This document shows, in pieces, positions 38,156-48,312 of a DNA stretch of 64,000 bases; within the stretch, counting starts at the first letter, position 1; every line of letters starts with the position of its first letter. Made by a program: the position numbers and the translations under genes. Source of the stretch: Thermofilaceae archaeon. GTDB lineage: Archaea; Thermoproteota; Thermoprotei; Thermofilales; Thermofilaceae. A model generated the notes under the pieces. That model was not told where the DNA came from, made no database searches, and was given only the letters and a program-made list of their open reading frames with translations. The stretch spans positions 224,001 through 288,000 of the forward strand of contig JAWCCZ010000001.1 in assembly GCA_038861545.1 (NCBI GenBank), read 5' to 3'.

Positions 38156-39568
38156 CTATTTTGTTTTAATTCGCATATCAAGTTCAGTGATTATAGGTTT
38201 CGCCCAGTCAGCTAACGCGAGCCAAGCAGCCATCAACACACCTCCAACGATATTACTAAGCATTATGCCTGTCCATACACCTAATGGTCCCCAGTTCATG
38301 GGAAACGCTAGAAGATAAGATATACCAACTCTCACTAACCATAACCTGCCTATGTTGATCACTGTAGCTGCCATTGTACGACCAGCGCCTCTAGCGGCTG
38401 AAAAGCCACACATGAAGAAAGCGAAGAAGGGGAGTCCCAGAAGGATTGTATCTAGAAACTGAAGACTAACATCGGTTACTGTGGGGTTCGAGGTAAAGAT
38501 GTGAACTACAGAGTCTCTGATAAAATACATTACAAGGGATGAGGCGGCTACGATGGAAGCAACGAAGAGCGAACCTTTTAAGGCACTGCTTTTCGCTCGG
38601 GCGAGCTCGCCTGCACCAAGCAGTTGCCCAATAATGATTGCTATCGAGCCTGATAATCCCCACATGGCAGCATCAGCGATGTCCAGAACGATGAAGCCTA
38701 TCGAGTAAGCAGTAGCTACTTCAACACCAAAGGAATTAACAAGCCTCAGTTGTGTCATGAAGGCAGAGCTGTTGAGCATGGACATCACAGCTATGGGACC
38801 TCCAACTTTTGCAACCATCTTAACCCATACCATGTCGAAGTTTCTGGTTAGGTTAGGTTTGATTTCTTTAAAGCGGTAGTTAAAAAGCGTTAAAAGAAGT
38901 ACAAGCGAAATAATAATACCAATTGTGTCTGTCAGTGCAGAACCTATGGGACCCATGCGAGGAAAGGGCCCGATTCCGAGTATAAGAAGAGGGTCTAACA
39001 CTGTATTAACAGCCATGCCGAAGAAGTTTATGAAAGAGGGTAACTTAGTTTCACCAATAGATGAGAGAATTGTAGTTAAAGTCATGGTTACCGCTGAGAG
39101 CAGCATGTTGAACGAAGTGACTGCTGTATACTCCATTACATGGTAATATATCTCCGATGGCGTCGAGACGACATATCTAAAAATCCAAGGTCTTAAAATG
39201 AAAAATGTCATTGACGAAAACATACCAACAAATAGAGCTGCCGTAAAGAATCTTGAAATTTCTTTTTTAACCTCTCCAAACATTTTTGCGCCCATATACT
39301 GTGCAACAACACTTGTTCCAGCAGTGCCAAGTGCATTTAAAAGGGCCATGAAGAAGAATTGAACAGGGAAAACCTGTCGGGGTATAGCTATAGCGTTTTC
39401 ACTGAATAAACTTAGCCAGAGAGAGTTTAAGACATTATAAGATAAACTAATTAACTGAGACAACATAGGGGGTGCTCCCAGCTTTAACAGTGTAGTTATT
39501 AATGACCCCTTAATTACACGGTCTCTATATCCTTCAAGCCTTGTTGCATGCTCCACTTTAACCACCAA
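38156..39568 (-). CDS. MATE family efflux transporter
   Basis: About 12 TMs, with LDPLLILGIGPFP.MG and IIGQLLGAG motifs. Confidence 0.9.
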   Translation of the reverse strand: MVVKVEHATRLEGYRDRVIKGSLITTLLKLGAPPMLSQLISLSYNVLNSLWLSLFSENAIAIPRQVFPVQFFFMALLNALGTAGTSVVAQYMGAKMFGEVKKEISRFFTAALFVGMFSSMTFFILRPWIFRYVVSTPSEIYYHVMEYTAVTSFNMLLSAVTMTLTTILSSIGETKLPSFINFFGMAVNTVLDPLLILGIGPFPRMGPIGSALTDTIGIIISLVLLLTLFNYRFKEIKPNLTRNFDMVWVKMVAKVGGPIAVMSMLNSSAFMTQLRLVNSFGVEVATAYSIGFIVLDIADAAMWGLSGSIAIIIGQLLGAGELARAKSSALKGSLFVASIVAASSLVMYFIRDSVVHIFTSNPTVTDVSLQFLDTILLGLPFFAFFMCGFSAARGAGRTMAATVINIGRLWLVRVGISYLLAFPMNWGPLGVWTGIMLSNIVGGVLMAAWLALADWAKPIITELDMRIKTK

Positions 39569-39751
39569 ACACTACAAGCGGCAATTTACTGCCGGCTCAG
39601 CGGAGGCTCTCCCTCAGCCCTATTTAAAACTTTAATAATATGTAACGTTATAATTGACTTAAGTAGTACTGGATAAAGATTCAGGCAATACTTGCCGAAA
39701 TGTGGACTTGAAGATCGTAAAATTTTACTCTCCTCAAAATATACCTTACTT

Positions 39752-41641
39752 GTGGGTCGTAAAATTTTAGTTCTAACATTTGTACTTATGCTAGCGGTCA
39801 CAGAGGTTTTGCAGGCGATACCGCAGCAGCTAAAGGTCGTAGGTTTTGCATGGATTTCAGCGCCGGCGGTAATGCAAACAGAAGAGGGTTATGCTGGCAC
39901 TACGACTAACGTGACTGTTTTGATCACTGAAGGCTGGGGCGATGTCTATGTGTCTACCTACTCGCTTACACAGGAGGATTTTCAAGGTGCTGCAACAGCT
40001 GCAGCTCGGGTTGTTTGCAACCTGCTCGGAGTGAATTTTTCCGATTATAACTTCTACTTTAAGGTTCAAGGAACTGCCGTTATTGTCGGGGGCCCAAGCG
40101 CGGGCGCAGCCATGGCTGTAGCCGTATATTCAGCCCTCACAGGTGCTCCAATCAACAGATCGGTGATGATTACTGGGATGATTTCACCAGATGGCACTAT
40201 TGGTCCTGTTGGAGGAGTGTACGAAAAAGCACAGGCTGTCGCTTTGAATGGCGCGAAGATATTCCTTGTACCACCGGGACAGAGCGTAGTTGTAACGTAT
40301 ACCACTGTGGAAAGAAGAGTTGGGCCATTTCGAGTTTATAGCACTCAGCCCAAGGTTATCAACCTCACAGAACATGCAAGAAAAGAATGGGGGCTTACAG
40401 TGACGGAGGTTTCAACCGTCAGAGATGTTATGAAGTTTTTCTTTAACGTGGAAATCTCCCAGCCTTCTCCTGGGACAATTGTGATCAGCGATGAGGTTCT
40501 TGAAAAAATAGCTGAGGTTAAAGTCAAGGTACTTTCAAAAGCTGAAGCGGAGCTGGCTAGCGCCTCCATAATGATCAATTCATCCTCACTGAACAGGCTG
40601 GTTCGAGCGTTGTTGAACAGGAGGCTTTCCGACGCTAGAGATTACCTAGTCAGGGCTAAAGCTCTGCGAGGCGTTGAATCCATTCAATTGCTGACGTATA
40701 GCATTTCAATGTCCCGCTGGGTTTCTCTATTGGCTAGCTACTACTCAGGTGATGAGCTGAACCAATACGTATCAGACTACTTCAATAGGTTAAGCGTATT
40801 TTTAGCATCTATTGAAGAAAAGAATCCTTGTAATTTCCAAGAGCTTAATTACCTGGTAATAGCAACTGACTTAGCTGTCCGCGCAGCGCGTCTTTATAAC
40901 GAGTCGGCGCGTCTTTGGTCCAGCGATCCAGATGTGGCATTACAAAACTTAGCTTATTCCTCAGCATTTTTAGAGGAAGCGGAAGCATGGATCGAAAACT
41001 TAGATAGGGGATCGCCTTTCCCCGCCCAGCAAGTAGCACAAACTTATCTCTCAATTGCAAGATCAACGTGGCCTTATGTATATTCAGTGCTAAGCACATC
41101 GGGCGGGAGTACATCCCTTGTCGAAATAGCCAGTAGCTACTATAGCTTCGCGGTCTCATCATATTCGTCTGGACGTAGTCTACTGGCAGCAGTTGCAGCA
41201 GCGAAAAGCGTTGCAATAGCGGAGGCAGCAATTTTATCGTTGCAGTCATCAGCTACCGGCAACGACATTTACTTTAGGGTTTCTAATGAGCAAGCACTAG
41301 CAGCGGTATCTCAGGCATATGATCTTTTAGCCGGCGTCTACTTCCTTAATTTTAGTTCTTTGGTAACACCGCAGGACGCTTTATCAATGTATAAGCATGC
41401 CACTCATTTAAGCACTTTAACTTTAGCGCTTGCCAAGTCGAGAGGTTTTGAAAGCCTAACTGTGAAGTATGAAAAAATTCATCAGAATTCACAACTACCT
41501 CGACCGAGCGGAAAGCGGGAGGGGAAAGGAGAGGAGAATTTAATAGATAAGTTCCTCAGTTTATTCGAAAAAATTGCCGATATAATCAAGGGTTTTTTCA
41601 AATGGTTTGCTAACATGCTCACCAGCGATAGCAATGTTTAA
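39752..41641 (+). CDS. Secreted S16 (Lon-like, ATPase-less) serine protease
   Basis: GPSAG Ser and GGVYEK Lys dyad. Signal peptide from GTG 39752 (ORF track start 39692). Confidence 0.85.
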   Translation: MGRKILVLTFVLMLAVTEVLQAIPQQLKVVGFAWISAPAVMQTEEGYAGTTTNVTVLITEGWGDVYVSTYSLTQEDFQGAATAAARVVCNLLGVNFSDYNFYFKVQGTAVIVGGPSAGAAMAVAVYSALTGAPINRSVMITGMISPDGTIGPVGGVYEKAQAVALNGAKIFLVPPGQSVVVTYTTVERRVGPFRVYSTQPKVINLTEHARKEWGLTVTEVSTVRDVMKFFFNVEISQPSPGTIVISDEVLEKIAEVKVKVLSKAEAELASASIMINSSSLNRLVRALLNRRLSDARDYLVRAKALRGVESIQLLTYSISMSRWVSLLASYYSGDELNQYVSDYFNRLSVFLASIEEKNPCNFQELNYLVIATDLAVRAARLYNESARLWSSDPDVALQNLAYSSAFLEEAEAWIENLDRGSPFPAQQVAQTYLSIARSTWPYVYSVLSTSGGSTSLVEIASSYYSFAVSSYSSGRSLLAAVAAAKSVAIAEAAILSLQSSATGNDIYFRVSNEQALAAVSQAYDLLAGVYFLNFSSLVTPQDALSMYKHATHLSTLTLALAKSRGFESLTVKYEKIHQNSQLPRPSGKREGKGEENLIDKFLSLFEKIADIIKGFFKWFANMLTSDSNV

Positions 41642-41684
41642 AAATGGAGACAAACTTTTAAGAATACTTTCTTTTCCCACATGC

Positions 41685-42854
41685 ATGGAAAATAGTGGGA
41701 AAAGGATTGGGATGCGTAATGTTTATGCACTTGGAATCGTCAGTTTATTTACTGATATCTCGACAGAAATGGTTATGGGTTATATTCCAGTTTTTGCTGT
41801 ACAAGAGCTCGGTGCTACTAGAGCTTTCTTAGGTTTAATAGAAGGTGTTGGGGAGTTCGTCAACTACTTTTTCCGAATGATCAGCGGCTTTATCTCAGAC
41901 AAGCTAGGTAGAAGGAAACCCTTGGTGTTCGCCGGCTATACGCTGTCGACATTCTCTAAGCCGATGTTCGCCTTAGCTACATCTCCGCTTGACATACTGG
42001 CTGTGCGGGCAGCGGATAGGACGGGCAAAGGAATCCGCACTTCACCGCGGGATGCGCTTATCAGCCAGTCCGTAGGAGAACGTAGTGTGGGTAGAGCTTT
42101 TGGGCTTCATCGCACTTTGGATCAATCAGGAGCTATTCTGGGTCCCCTGTTAGCTACATTGCTTCTGCCATTTCTCGGGGCTAGGAACCTGTTTATAGTT
42201 TCTTTTATACCGGCAACAATTGCGCTCCTGGTTCTCTGGTTTTTTGTCATTGACGTAAAGACTGAGTTTAAGAGAGGAGTTTTGTTGAAGGGAGCACGTA
42301 ATCTTCTTAAAGGAAACTTTCTCCTGCTGCTTTTATCAATCGCTATCCTCGGCTTCGGCTACTATAATTTTTCATTCATTCTAGTTCGCTCTACAGAGCT
42401 CGGCGTAGCCGGATACCTTGTTCCACTAGTCTACCTAGCCCTAAATGTTTTTCACACAGCAATAGGCTACCCAGTGGGTTATATTTCGGACAAGGTAGGA
42501 CGAGAACCACTCCTAGGAATTAGCCTTATTTTATTTTCCACTTCCTCGCTAGCAATGGCATTTCTTGATAATTATTTCACCGTAATAGCGCTCGTTATAT
42601 TTTATGGTCTTTTCTTTGGCATGTATGAAACACTTTCCCGTGCCATCATCCCGCGCTACACGCCAAATGAACTAAGGGGTACCGCTTACGGCCTTTTCTA
42701 CCTGACTAGTGGCATAACCTCACTAATAGGTATGGCTATCGTCGGCTACCTGTGGGACTCTCAGGGTAGAAGTACAGCATTTACTTACAGTGCTTTTCTT
42801 GGACTAGTAAGCGCCCTAATCGTAGCTCTTCTCTCAGCTAGAGTTAAAAAGTAG
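41685..42854 (+). CDS. MFS transporter
   Basis: GFISDKLGRRK, DRTGKGIRTSPRDA and SDKVGR motifs. Confidence 0.92.
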   Translation: MENSGKRIGMRNVYALGIVSLFTDISTEMVMGYIPVFAVQELGATRAFLGLIEGVGEFVNYFFRMISGFISDKLGRRKPLVFAGYTLSTFSKPMFALATSPLDILAVRAADRTGKGIRTSPRDALISQSVGERSVGRAFGLHRTLDQSGAILGPLLATLLLPFLGARNLFIVSFIPATIALLVLWFFVIDVKTEFKRGVLLKGARNLLKGNFLLLLLSIAILGFGYYNFSFILVRSTELGVAGYLVPLVYLALNVFHTAIGYPVGYISDKVGREPLLGISLILFSTSSLAMAFLDNYFTVIALVIFYGLFFGMYETLSRAIIPRYTPNELRGTAYGLFYLTSGITSLIGMAIVGYLWDSQGRSTAFTYSAFLGLVSALIVALLSARVKK

Positions 42855-42873
42855 ATGATTGTCCGGCCTACTA

Positions 42874-43407
42874 CTATTCCAGTTCAAGCATTTTTAGACT
42901 AGTTTTGATAACCCTTATGTGTTCGACAAGTTTCTTGCCTAGCAGCCTACAAGCCTTCAGCGAGTTTTCATCCGGTTCCCCTATTGCTATTGCACCGTAA
43001 TGAAGAGTGACTCCGTGGGCTACATAGTCAGGTACCCCAAAGGTCATCATACCGAAGTTCAGAATCGCTGAAATAATAGACCATAACGCCATTTCATTAC
43101 CCCCACTTAATCCTCCCGACGAGGTGAAGGCTACAGCTACCTTGTAACGGAGTTTACCCCAGTACTTGATTAGCTGCTTATTGAAAAAGTAATTCATTTT
43201 ATAGCTCATAGTACCACAATGAGTTGGGGAACCGAAAGCATAACCATCATAGATGGGAACTTCATCTATATTCACTTCATCTACTTTAACTACCTTCACT
43301 TCTGCACCCTCTTCGACGGCCCCCTCCGCGACTGCCTTAGCCATTCTTTCCACATTGCCAGTCCAACTATCGTAAACTACCAGAACCTTAATCTTTTCTC
43401 CATTCAT
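42874..43407 (-). CDS. WrbA-like flavodoxin / NAD(P)H:quinone oxidoreductase
   Basis: YDSWTGNVERMA, FGSPT and AFTSSG..GGNE motifs. Confidence 0.85.
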   Translation of the reverse strand: MNGEKIKVLVVYDSWTGNVERMAKAVAEGAVEEGAEVKVVKVDEVNIDEVPIYDGYAFGSPTHCGTMSYKMNYFFNKQLIKYWGKLRYKVAVAFTSSGGLSGGNEMALWSIISAILNFGMMTFGVPDYVAHGVTLHYGAIAIGEPDENSLKACRLLGKKLVEHIRVIKTSLKMLELE

Positions 43408-43510
43408 AAGAGCCCTAACTTATACAGTATTAAAAGGAAAACCCGGACAATCAATATAATCTGAAGAGTCACATGTAAATTTATAGCCCTACTCTACATC
43501 CAGCATCTTA

Positions 43511-44686
43511 TTAACGGATTACCAACTCGCTATTTAATGTCTTAAGGTTTAATGATTGAAGTGTCTTCCCGCCTAGCCTGCGCACGAAAGCTAATAAATC
43601 CTGGTATGCAATAATCTTGGATTTCTGCCTGAGGTTTGGAGGGCCGGGGCGCTTCATATAGAAAGCATTAATTTCAGGCACGGTTCCATAGATTCCGGAT
43701 TTCAGCGAAACGTAGGCTAGCCTTGCAAGGTCTACCATGTAGCCAGCGAGCGCTGGGCTATCATTAATCCTCATATTAACTGTCAACTCGTCCGTGAAAC
43801 CGCCAAAGGTAATCCATTGGACGTGCATAGCGACGAATTTCTTGTCTCCCAGCGGCTCGAGGTAACCAGTTGGCTTGATAAAATGAGGCGGGTCATAGCC
43901 AAGTACATCATCGAAAAAACTGCTTTTAGTTTCCTCTTTAGCCTTGTTCCTATCCGGTTCTATAAGGGATAGGAAATCACTATTTCCTCCAATGTTGAAC
44001 TGTGCAACTGATAGCACTTTGCGACCTCTTTCCGCTAAATGTTCTACAACGTCGATCGTTAAAGGCGTCGCACCTGTAGCACCATCGTCACCCAGCACTA
44101 GTGATTCAGATTTAAGCGCTTTATCGACGAAAGCTGGACTACACGCCACATGCGCAGGCTGTAGGTTCACATGGGCTACACCACCTTGCTTCAAAGTCAG
44201 ATAAGCGTAGACTTGGGGATGGGGTAGCAGGCCCTTCAGTGCGGCTTCCTCAACTTCGTCCCAAATGTAAAGTGGGCTTGTTCGTGCTGTAGTGGTGACA
44301 TCTATTACCACATCGGGTTTAGCATCGTCAAGGAATTCCTCAAACTTTGTCAATGCTTCCTCAAGAGAATACCCCTCATCTAGCGCTCTCGTTTTAACAT
44401 GGGAGGGGGTGCTATTCAGCTTTAAACCGGGAGCTACTGTAACACTTTTTAACTCAGGCTCAGGCTTAAGACCATATCTCTCAACTACCTCGTATAGGCT
44501 CCTCCCTACTTTTCCGGCGTCAACATCCACACTGGCTACAACCTCTAATTCTTCAATAGGTATACCGAAGTCAACTTTTGCTAAGGGAATCCCCCATGGC
44601 TCCATTAACCCCTTCTTCAATCTAGCTAAACCCCAAGCGAAAACCGAAGCCGCGTATCCCTGCCCCAGTAGTAAGACCCGTACCAT
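43511..44686 (-). CDS. ino1: myo-Inositol-1-phosphate synthase
   Basis: GDDGATGAT, QFNIGGNSDF, LGDKKF and INDSPALAG motifs. Confidence 0.92.
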   Translation of the reverse strand: MVRVLLLGQGYAASVFAWGLARLKKGLMEPWGIPLAKVDFGIPIEELEVVASVDVDAGKVGRSLYEVVERYGLKPEPELKSVTVAPGLKLNSTPSHVKTRALDEGYSLEEALTKFEEFLDDAKPDVVIDVTTTARTSPLYIWDEVEEAALKGLLPHPQVYAYLTLKQGGVAHVNLQPAHVACSPAFVDKALKSESLVLGDDGATGATPLTIDVVEHLAERGRKVLSVAQFNIGGNSDFLSLIEPDRNKAKEETKSSFFDDVLGYDPPHFIKPTGYLEPLGDKKFVAMHVQWITFGGFTDELTVNMRINDSPALAGYMVDLARLAYVSLKSGIYGTVPEINAFYMKRPGPPNLRQKSKIIAYQDLLAFVRRLGGKTLQSLNLKTLNSELVIR

Positions 44687-44806
44687 GGTTATCTAATGAG
44701 TATTAGATATCTTATAATTATAAGCTTTTCCCCGGATGAATCCTATACAGGCAAAGAGGTAAAGCTAACAGGAGAAGAAAGGGCTGACTTGGAGCGATGA
44801 CGTGCG

Positions 44807-45178
44807 TTAGCGAGTAAGCAAAGTCATTTTCTCTAACCTGGTGACCAGCTCCTTCAGATGCGCTATACCATCGGCCAATAGATTTTTACCTTTATCTGTC
44901 AGCCTGTAGTATCTCCTACGTTCACTCCAGTAGCTTTCAACAAAACCCTCGTTTTCCAGTTTGTTTAAGACGACGTAAGGCAACACTTTCCCGGGGTTAA
45001 ACCCGAAGTCATCCTCAATGGCTTTAGCCACCTCGTAGGGGTAGCTATCGTTCCTGCTGAGTTCAGCGAGTACATATAACCATAGGTTCTCAACTCCGGT
45101 TTTTCTCTTTAGCCTACCTAATGGTTTGGGATCGCTCACATTTACAGGTGAAATCACGCTGCAAAAAAGATAGCGCAC
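44807..45178 (-). CDS. PadR-family transcription regulator
   Basis: LWLYVL, YPYE, YVVLNKLENEG and RRYYRLTDKG motifs. True start possibly GTG 45139. Confidence 0.85.
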   Translation of the reverse strand: MRYLFCSVISPVNVSDPKPLGRLKRKTGVENLWLYVLAELSRNDSYPYEVAKAIEDDFGFNPGKVLPYVVLNKLENEGFVESYWSERRRYYRLTDKGKNLLADGIAHLKELVTRLEKMTLLTR

Positions 45179-45208
45179 AGATAAATAGTACCTGTAATTC
45201 GTTTCAAT

Positions 45209-45997
45209 GTGAAACTTGCTATTCAGGAAAATCTTCTTAAGGGGGATAGCTTGGCCGAACGCCTAGCATTAGCCGAGAGACTGGGTTTTGAAGGCGTAGA
45301 GTTCTGGGGATCCGGTCTGCGAGAAAAGTTAGCCGAGGTTAAGCAAATTCTCTCCACAACTAAGGTTAAAGCTTCCACCGTCTGTTCAGGATACAGGGGA
45401 GATCTCCTTTCAGCAAGCAAGGAGGAAAGACTGCTTGCAATGCATGACATCGAGGTGTTGCTAGAGATCGCTGCCGAACTTGATGCGGTAGGGCTTATCG
45501 TTGTACCCACGTTCAGTGGGCCAAAGTTGCCAGATCTTAGCCCATTGTATCCGGATGTGTGGCATCTTGAGCGGGAGTTACTTATACATGTGCTCAAAAA
45601 CCTAGCTCGAAAAGCTGAGGATACCGGTGCAAGTATATTAATAGAACCTCTAAATAGATATGAAACCCACTTCCTAAATAGGCTTGATCAGGCTATAAAG
45701 ATCGCAGAAGAAGTTGGATCGCCGGGCGTTGCCGTTATGGCTGACTTTTTCCACATGAACATTGAGGAAGCAAATATTGCAGGGTCTCTGAGGAGTGCGC
45801 TGAAGCATTTGAGGCATATTCACTTAGCGGACAGCAATCGCTGGCTACCCGGTTTCGGGCACTCAGATTTCCGAGAACCTTTTAAGGTCTTAAGGGAAGG
45901 AGGGTACAGGTACTACATGGCGATGGAGTGTCACGTACCGGAGCCAAAGGAGGAAAGTTTAGCTAAAAGCGTGAAATACCTTAGATCCCTAATTTAA
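45209..45997 (+). CDS. Sugar phosphate isomerase/epimerase (AP endonuclease 2 TIM barrel)
   Basis: EPLNRYE, DFFHMNIEE, HIHLADSNR..PG.G and ME motifs. Confidence 0.88.
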   Translation: MKLAIQENLLKGDSLAERLALAERLGFEGVEFWGSGLREKLAEVKQILSTTKVKASTVCSGYRGDLLSASKEERLLAMHDIEVLLEIAAELDAVGLIVVPTFSGPKLPDLSPLYPDVWHLERELLIHVLKNLARKAEDTGASILIEPLNRYETHFLNRLDQAIKIAEEVGSPGVAVMADFFHMNIEEANIAGSLRSALKHLRHIHLADSNRWLPGFGHSDFREPFKVLREGGYRYYMAMECHVPEPKEESLAKSVKYLRSLI

Positions 45998-46059
45998 TAC
46001 AGTTTAGTTTGTAAACAGTAAATTTTATATTTCTTTTTAAACTTTCAAGCAGGGGCATA

Positions 46060-47253
46060 GTGATCAAATGTTGGAAACTTGCTGTAGCTTTTCTACTATT
46101 TGCAGCATTATCCTACATAGTGTTTACCGCCATACTGCGTGTTTTCTTGTTATCCTTTTCAAAGGAACCCGAAATTCCGCCTCAAGAAGGGATTCAAACC
46201 CCAAGAGCTGGAGACGCTATTGCTATAATGATGGAGTATGGAGCGAATTGTTTTCGTCTTAGGTTGTTTGTCGACCCTAATCCGCGTGATGAGTGGGGCG
46301 GGTTTACCGGTAATAACCTGGAGTATACAGTGAGGTTAGCTAAGAGGATTAAAGCTGCTGAAGCGAAGCTAGTACTCGACCCGCATTACTCGGATACCTG
46401 GGCGGACCCGGGGAAGCAATACACTCCCAAGTCATGGCTGAATTTAGGTTTTGAACAGCTTGTCGATAAGGTTTACGAGTACACGCACGATACCATTACT
46501 GCTTTTAATGATGAGGGAGCTTTACCCGACATGGTGCAGATAGGCAATGAGATAACCTGTGGGTTTTTATGGCCTGAAGGTAAGGTATGTGATGTTGAAA
46601 ACCCTCAAGAGCAGTGGAGTAAGTTTGCCACTCTGCTTAAAGCCGCTATAAAAGGCGTAAAAGACGCTCCTGGAGGGGGTAACATTCAGGTAATTCTACA
46701 TATTCACCCTGGAGGTAGCTGGGAAACTACCGATTGGTTTTTTTCGAACTTGGAGGATCAAGGTGTGCCATACAACATTATCGGTTTAAGTTACTATCCG
46801 ATTTGGCATGGTTCATTAACAGATCTCAAAAAAAATCTTGTGAATACGGCTAATAAATTCAACAAAGAGATTTTCATTGTCGAAACTGGGTACCCCTATC
46901 AACAAATCAACTTTGGTCAGCTAGAAGAAACCGGTTCTCGATACATGACTTGGCCGCGGACGCCCGAAGGGCAGGCCCAGTTCATCACAGATGTTATACA
47001 AGCAGTATATGAAACACCCAATCGAAAAGGCATGGGTGTTCTTTGGTGGTACCCGGAGGCGATTCCAGTTAAAGAGTTAACCGTGTTAAACGCTACAGCG
47101 CTTTTTGATGAAAAAGGCCGAGCTTTACCGGCTTTAAAGGTTTTCAAAGAATTCCGTAAAAGATTGAGTTCGGAGTTCCTGCTTGGTGGCGATATATCTG
47201 CCCTGGGCGAAATCGAAAGATTGGGTGGAGTTTACTTGAGCGGAAGTGGGTAG
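46060..47253 (+). CDS. Membrane-anchored GH53 endo-beta-1,4-galactanase, apparently circularly permuted
   Basis: RLRLFVDP, HYSDTWADPGKQ, QIGNE (acid/base), SYYP and ETGYP (nucleophile). The GGDIS strand is at the C-terminus. Confidence 0.9.
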   Translation: MIKCWKLAVAFLLFAALSYIVFTAILRVFLLSFSKEPEIPPQEGIQTPRAGDAIAIMMEYGANCFRLRLFVDPNPRDEWGGFTGNNLEYTVRLAKRIKAAEAKLVLDPHYSDTWADPGKQYTPKSWLNLGFEQLVDKVYEYTHDTITAFNDEGALPDMVQIGNEITCGFLWPEGKVCDVENPQEQWSKFATLLKAAIKGVKDAPGGGNIQVILHIHPGGSWETTDWFFSNLEDQGVPYNIIGLSYYPIWHGSLTDLKKNLVNTANKFNKEIFIVETGYPYQQINFGQLEETGSRYMTWPRTPEGQAQFITDVIQAVYETPNRKGMGVLWWYPEAIPVKELTVLNATALFDEKGRALPALKVFKEFRKRLSSEFLLGGDISALGEIERLGGVYLSGSG

Positions 47254-47637
47254 CTTTTTTAGAAGAGGTACTCCGAGTCCTCCTTTATAGATCTAATAGC
47301 ATTTAGAACTGGCACTCGAACAAACCATCCGCATCTCCATGTACAGCTCCTCAAGTACCTGTACTTCACTATGCATAGTTAGCTCGCTAGTTAAGCGCCG
47401 CCTTACGTTTGAGAAGGTTGCAACTCAAAGGTAAACCTACTCGCCGCGCCTTTCAGCAGTCTAAGCTCACTTCTACTCAGGAAAGGCTCAGCAGCATATA
47501 GACTCCAACTCGCGACTCGATTACGCTGACGAGCTAGCCTCTAAAGGGAAAACTCTATCTGCTATAGACGCCGGCTCAGAATTCGGGACAAGGTATTATG
47601 ATATTTTCATATCCCAAGTATCCCAGGTATTACAGTT

Positions 47638-47893
47638 ATGTTCACATCGCTTGTAAAGAATGTATCGAGGATATTGCGAGAGCTTAGAAAGCTAAAGTTG
47701 AACTAAGCTGCAGAACTTAGGCCGAGCTTCTAGAAAAGCCAGTCAGGTCTAGAGGGAGTAGAAGATAAGGTGAGAAAAGCACGGAAAGGTTTCTGAAGTT
47801 AAGAGAGGGGTAACAGCTAAGTGGAGCGGAAAGACTGTACTAGAGGAGTTAGCCAGGCTGCATGAAGCTGAGAGCTCTGACTCTCGCCGCTAA
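47638..47893 (+). pseudogene. Decayed small antitoxin-like gene
   Basis: Across frames: LRELRKLK/VELSCRT*AELLEK...FLKLREG/VTAKWSGKTVLEELARLHE, recalling archaeal VapB-type partners of PIN toxins. Confidence 0.4.
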
Positions 47894-48312
47894 AATCCTT
47901 TGTAACTGTTTTGAAAACTGACGAAAGGTATAATGACAGGCGCGCCGGGGCCTCTGCAAGCTTTCAGGAAGTACATGTATGATCAGCAAAGCCGTACCAT
48001 TTACCTCGCAAGCCGGTGCAGGTAGCACCATTATTATGCCACCAGTCAAGCTGATCAAGGAGGGTTAACTTTCTATTACTGTCGTGCATTTCATAGATTC
48101 GCTACGCGATGGTTGGCGACCCGAAGTGGGCGGATAGCTCTCCCAGACGTACTACCCATAAAGGGTATACGTACATGCAGGAAGAATTCTTTCCACCTAA
48201 TGACACCACTGTTTTTCACCGGTTCTACAACGTTTTCTACTACTGTGGTGAGCGCAGACGCTAGGAAAGTACACCGTGACAGTAATATAGATGGGTTTAC
48301 ATTATTGATCTT

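Noticed and set aside
44700-44806. C/D box sRNA (GATGAA...CTGA)
   Set aside because: The box C match is poor and there is no clear D'/C' pair; it cannot be supported without a covariance search.
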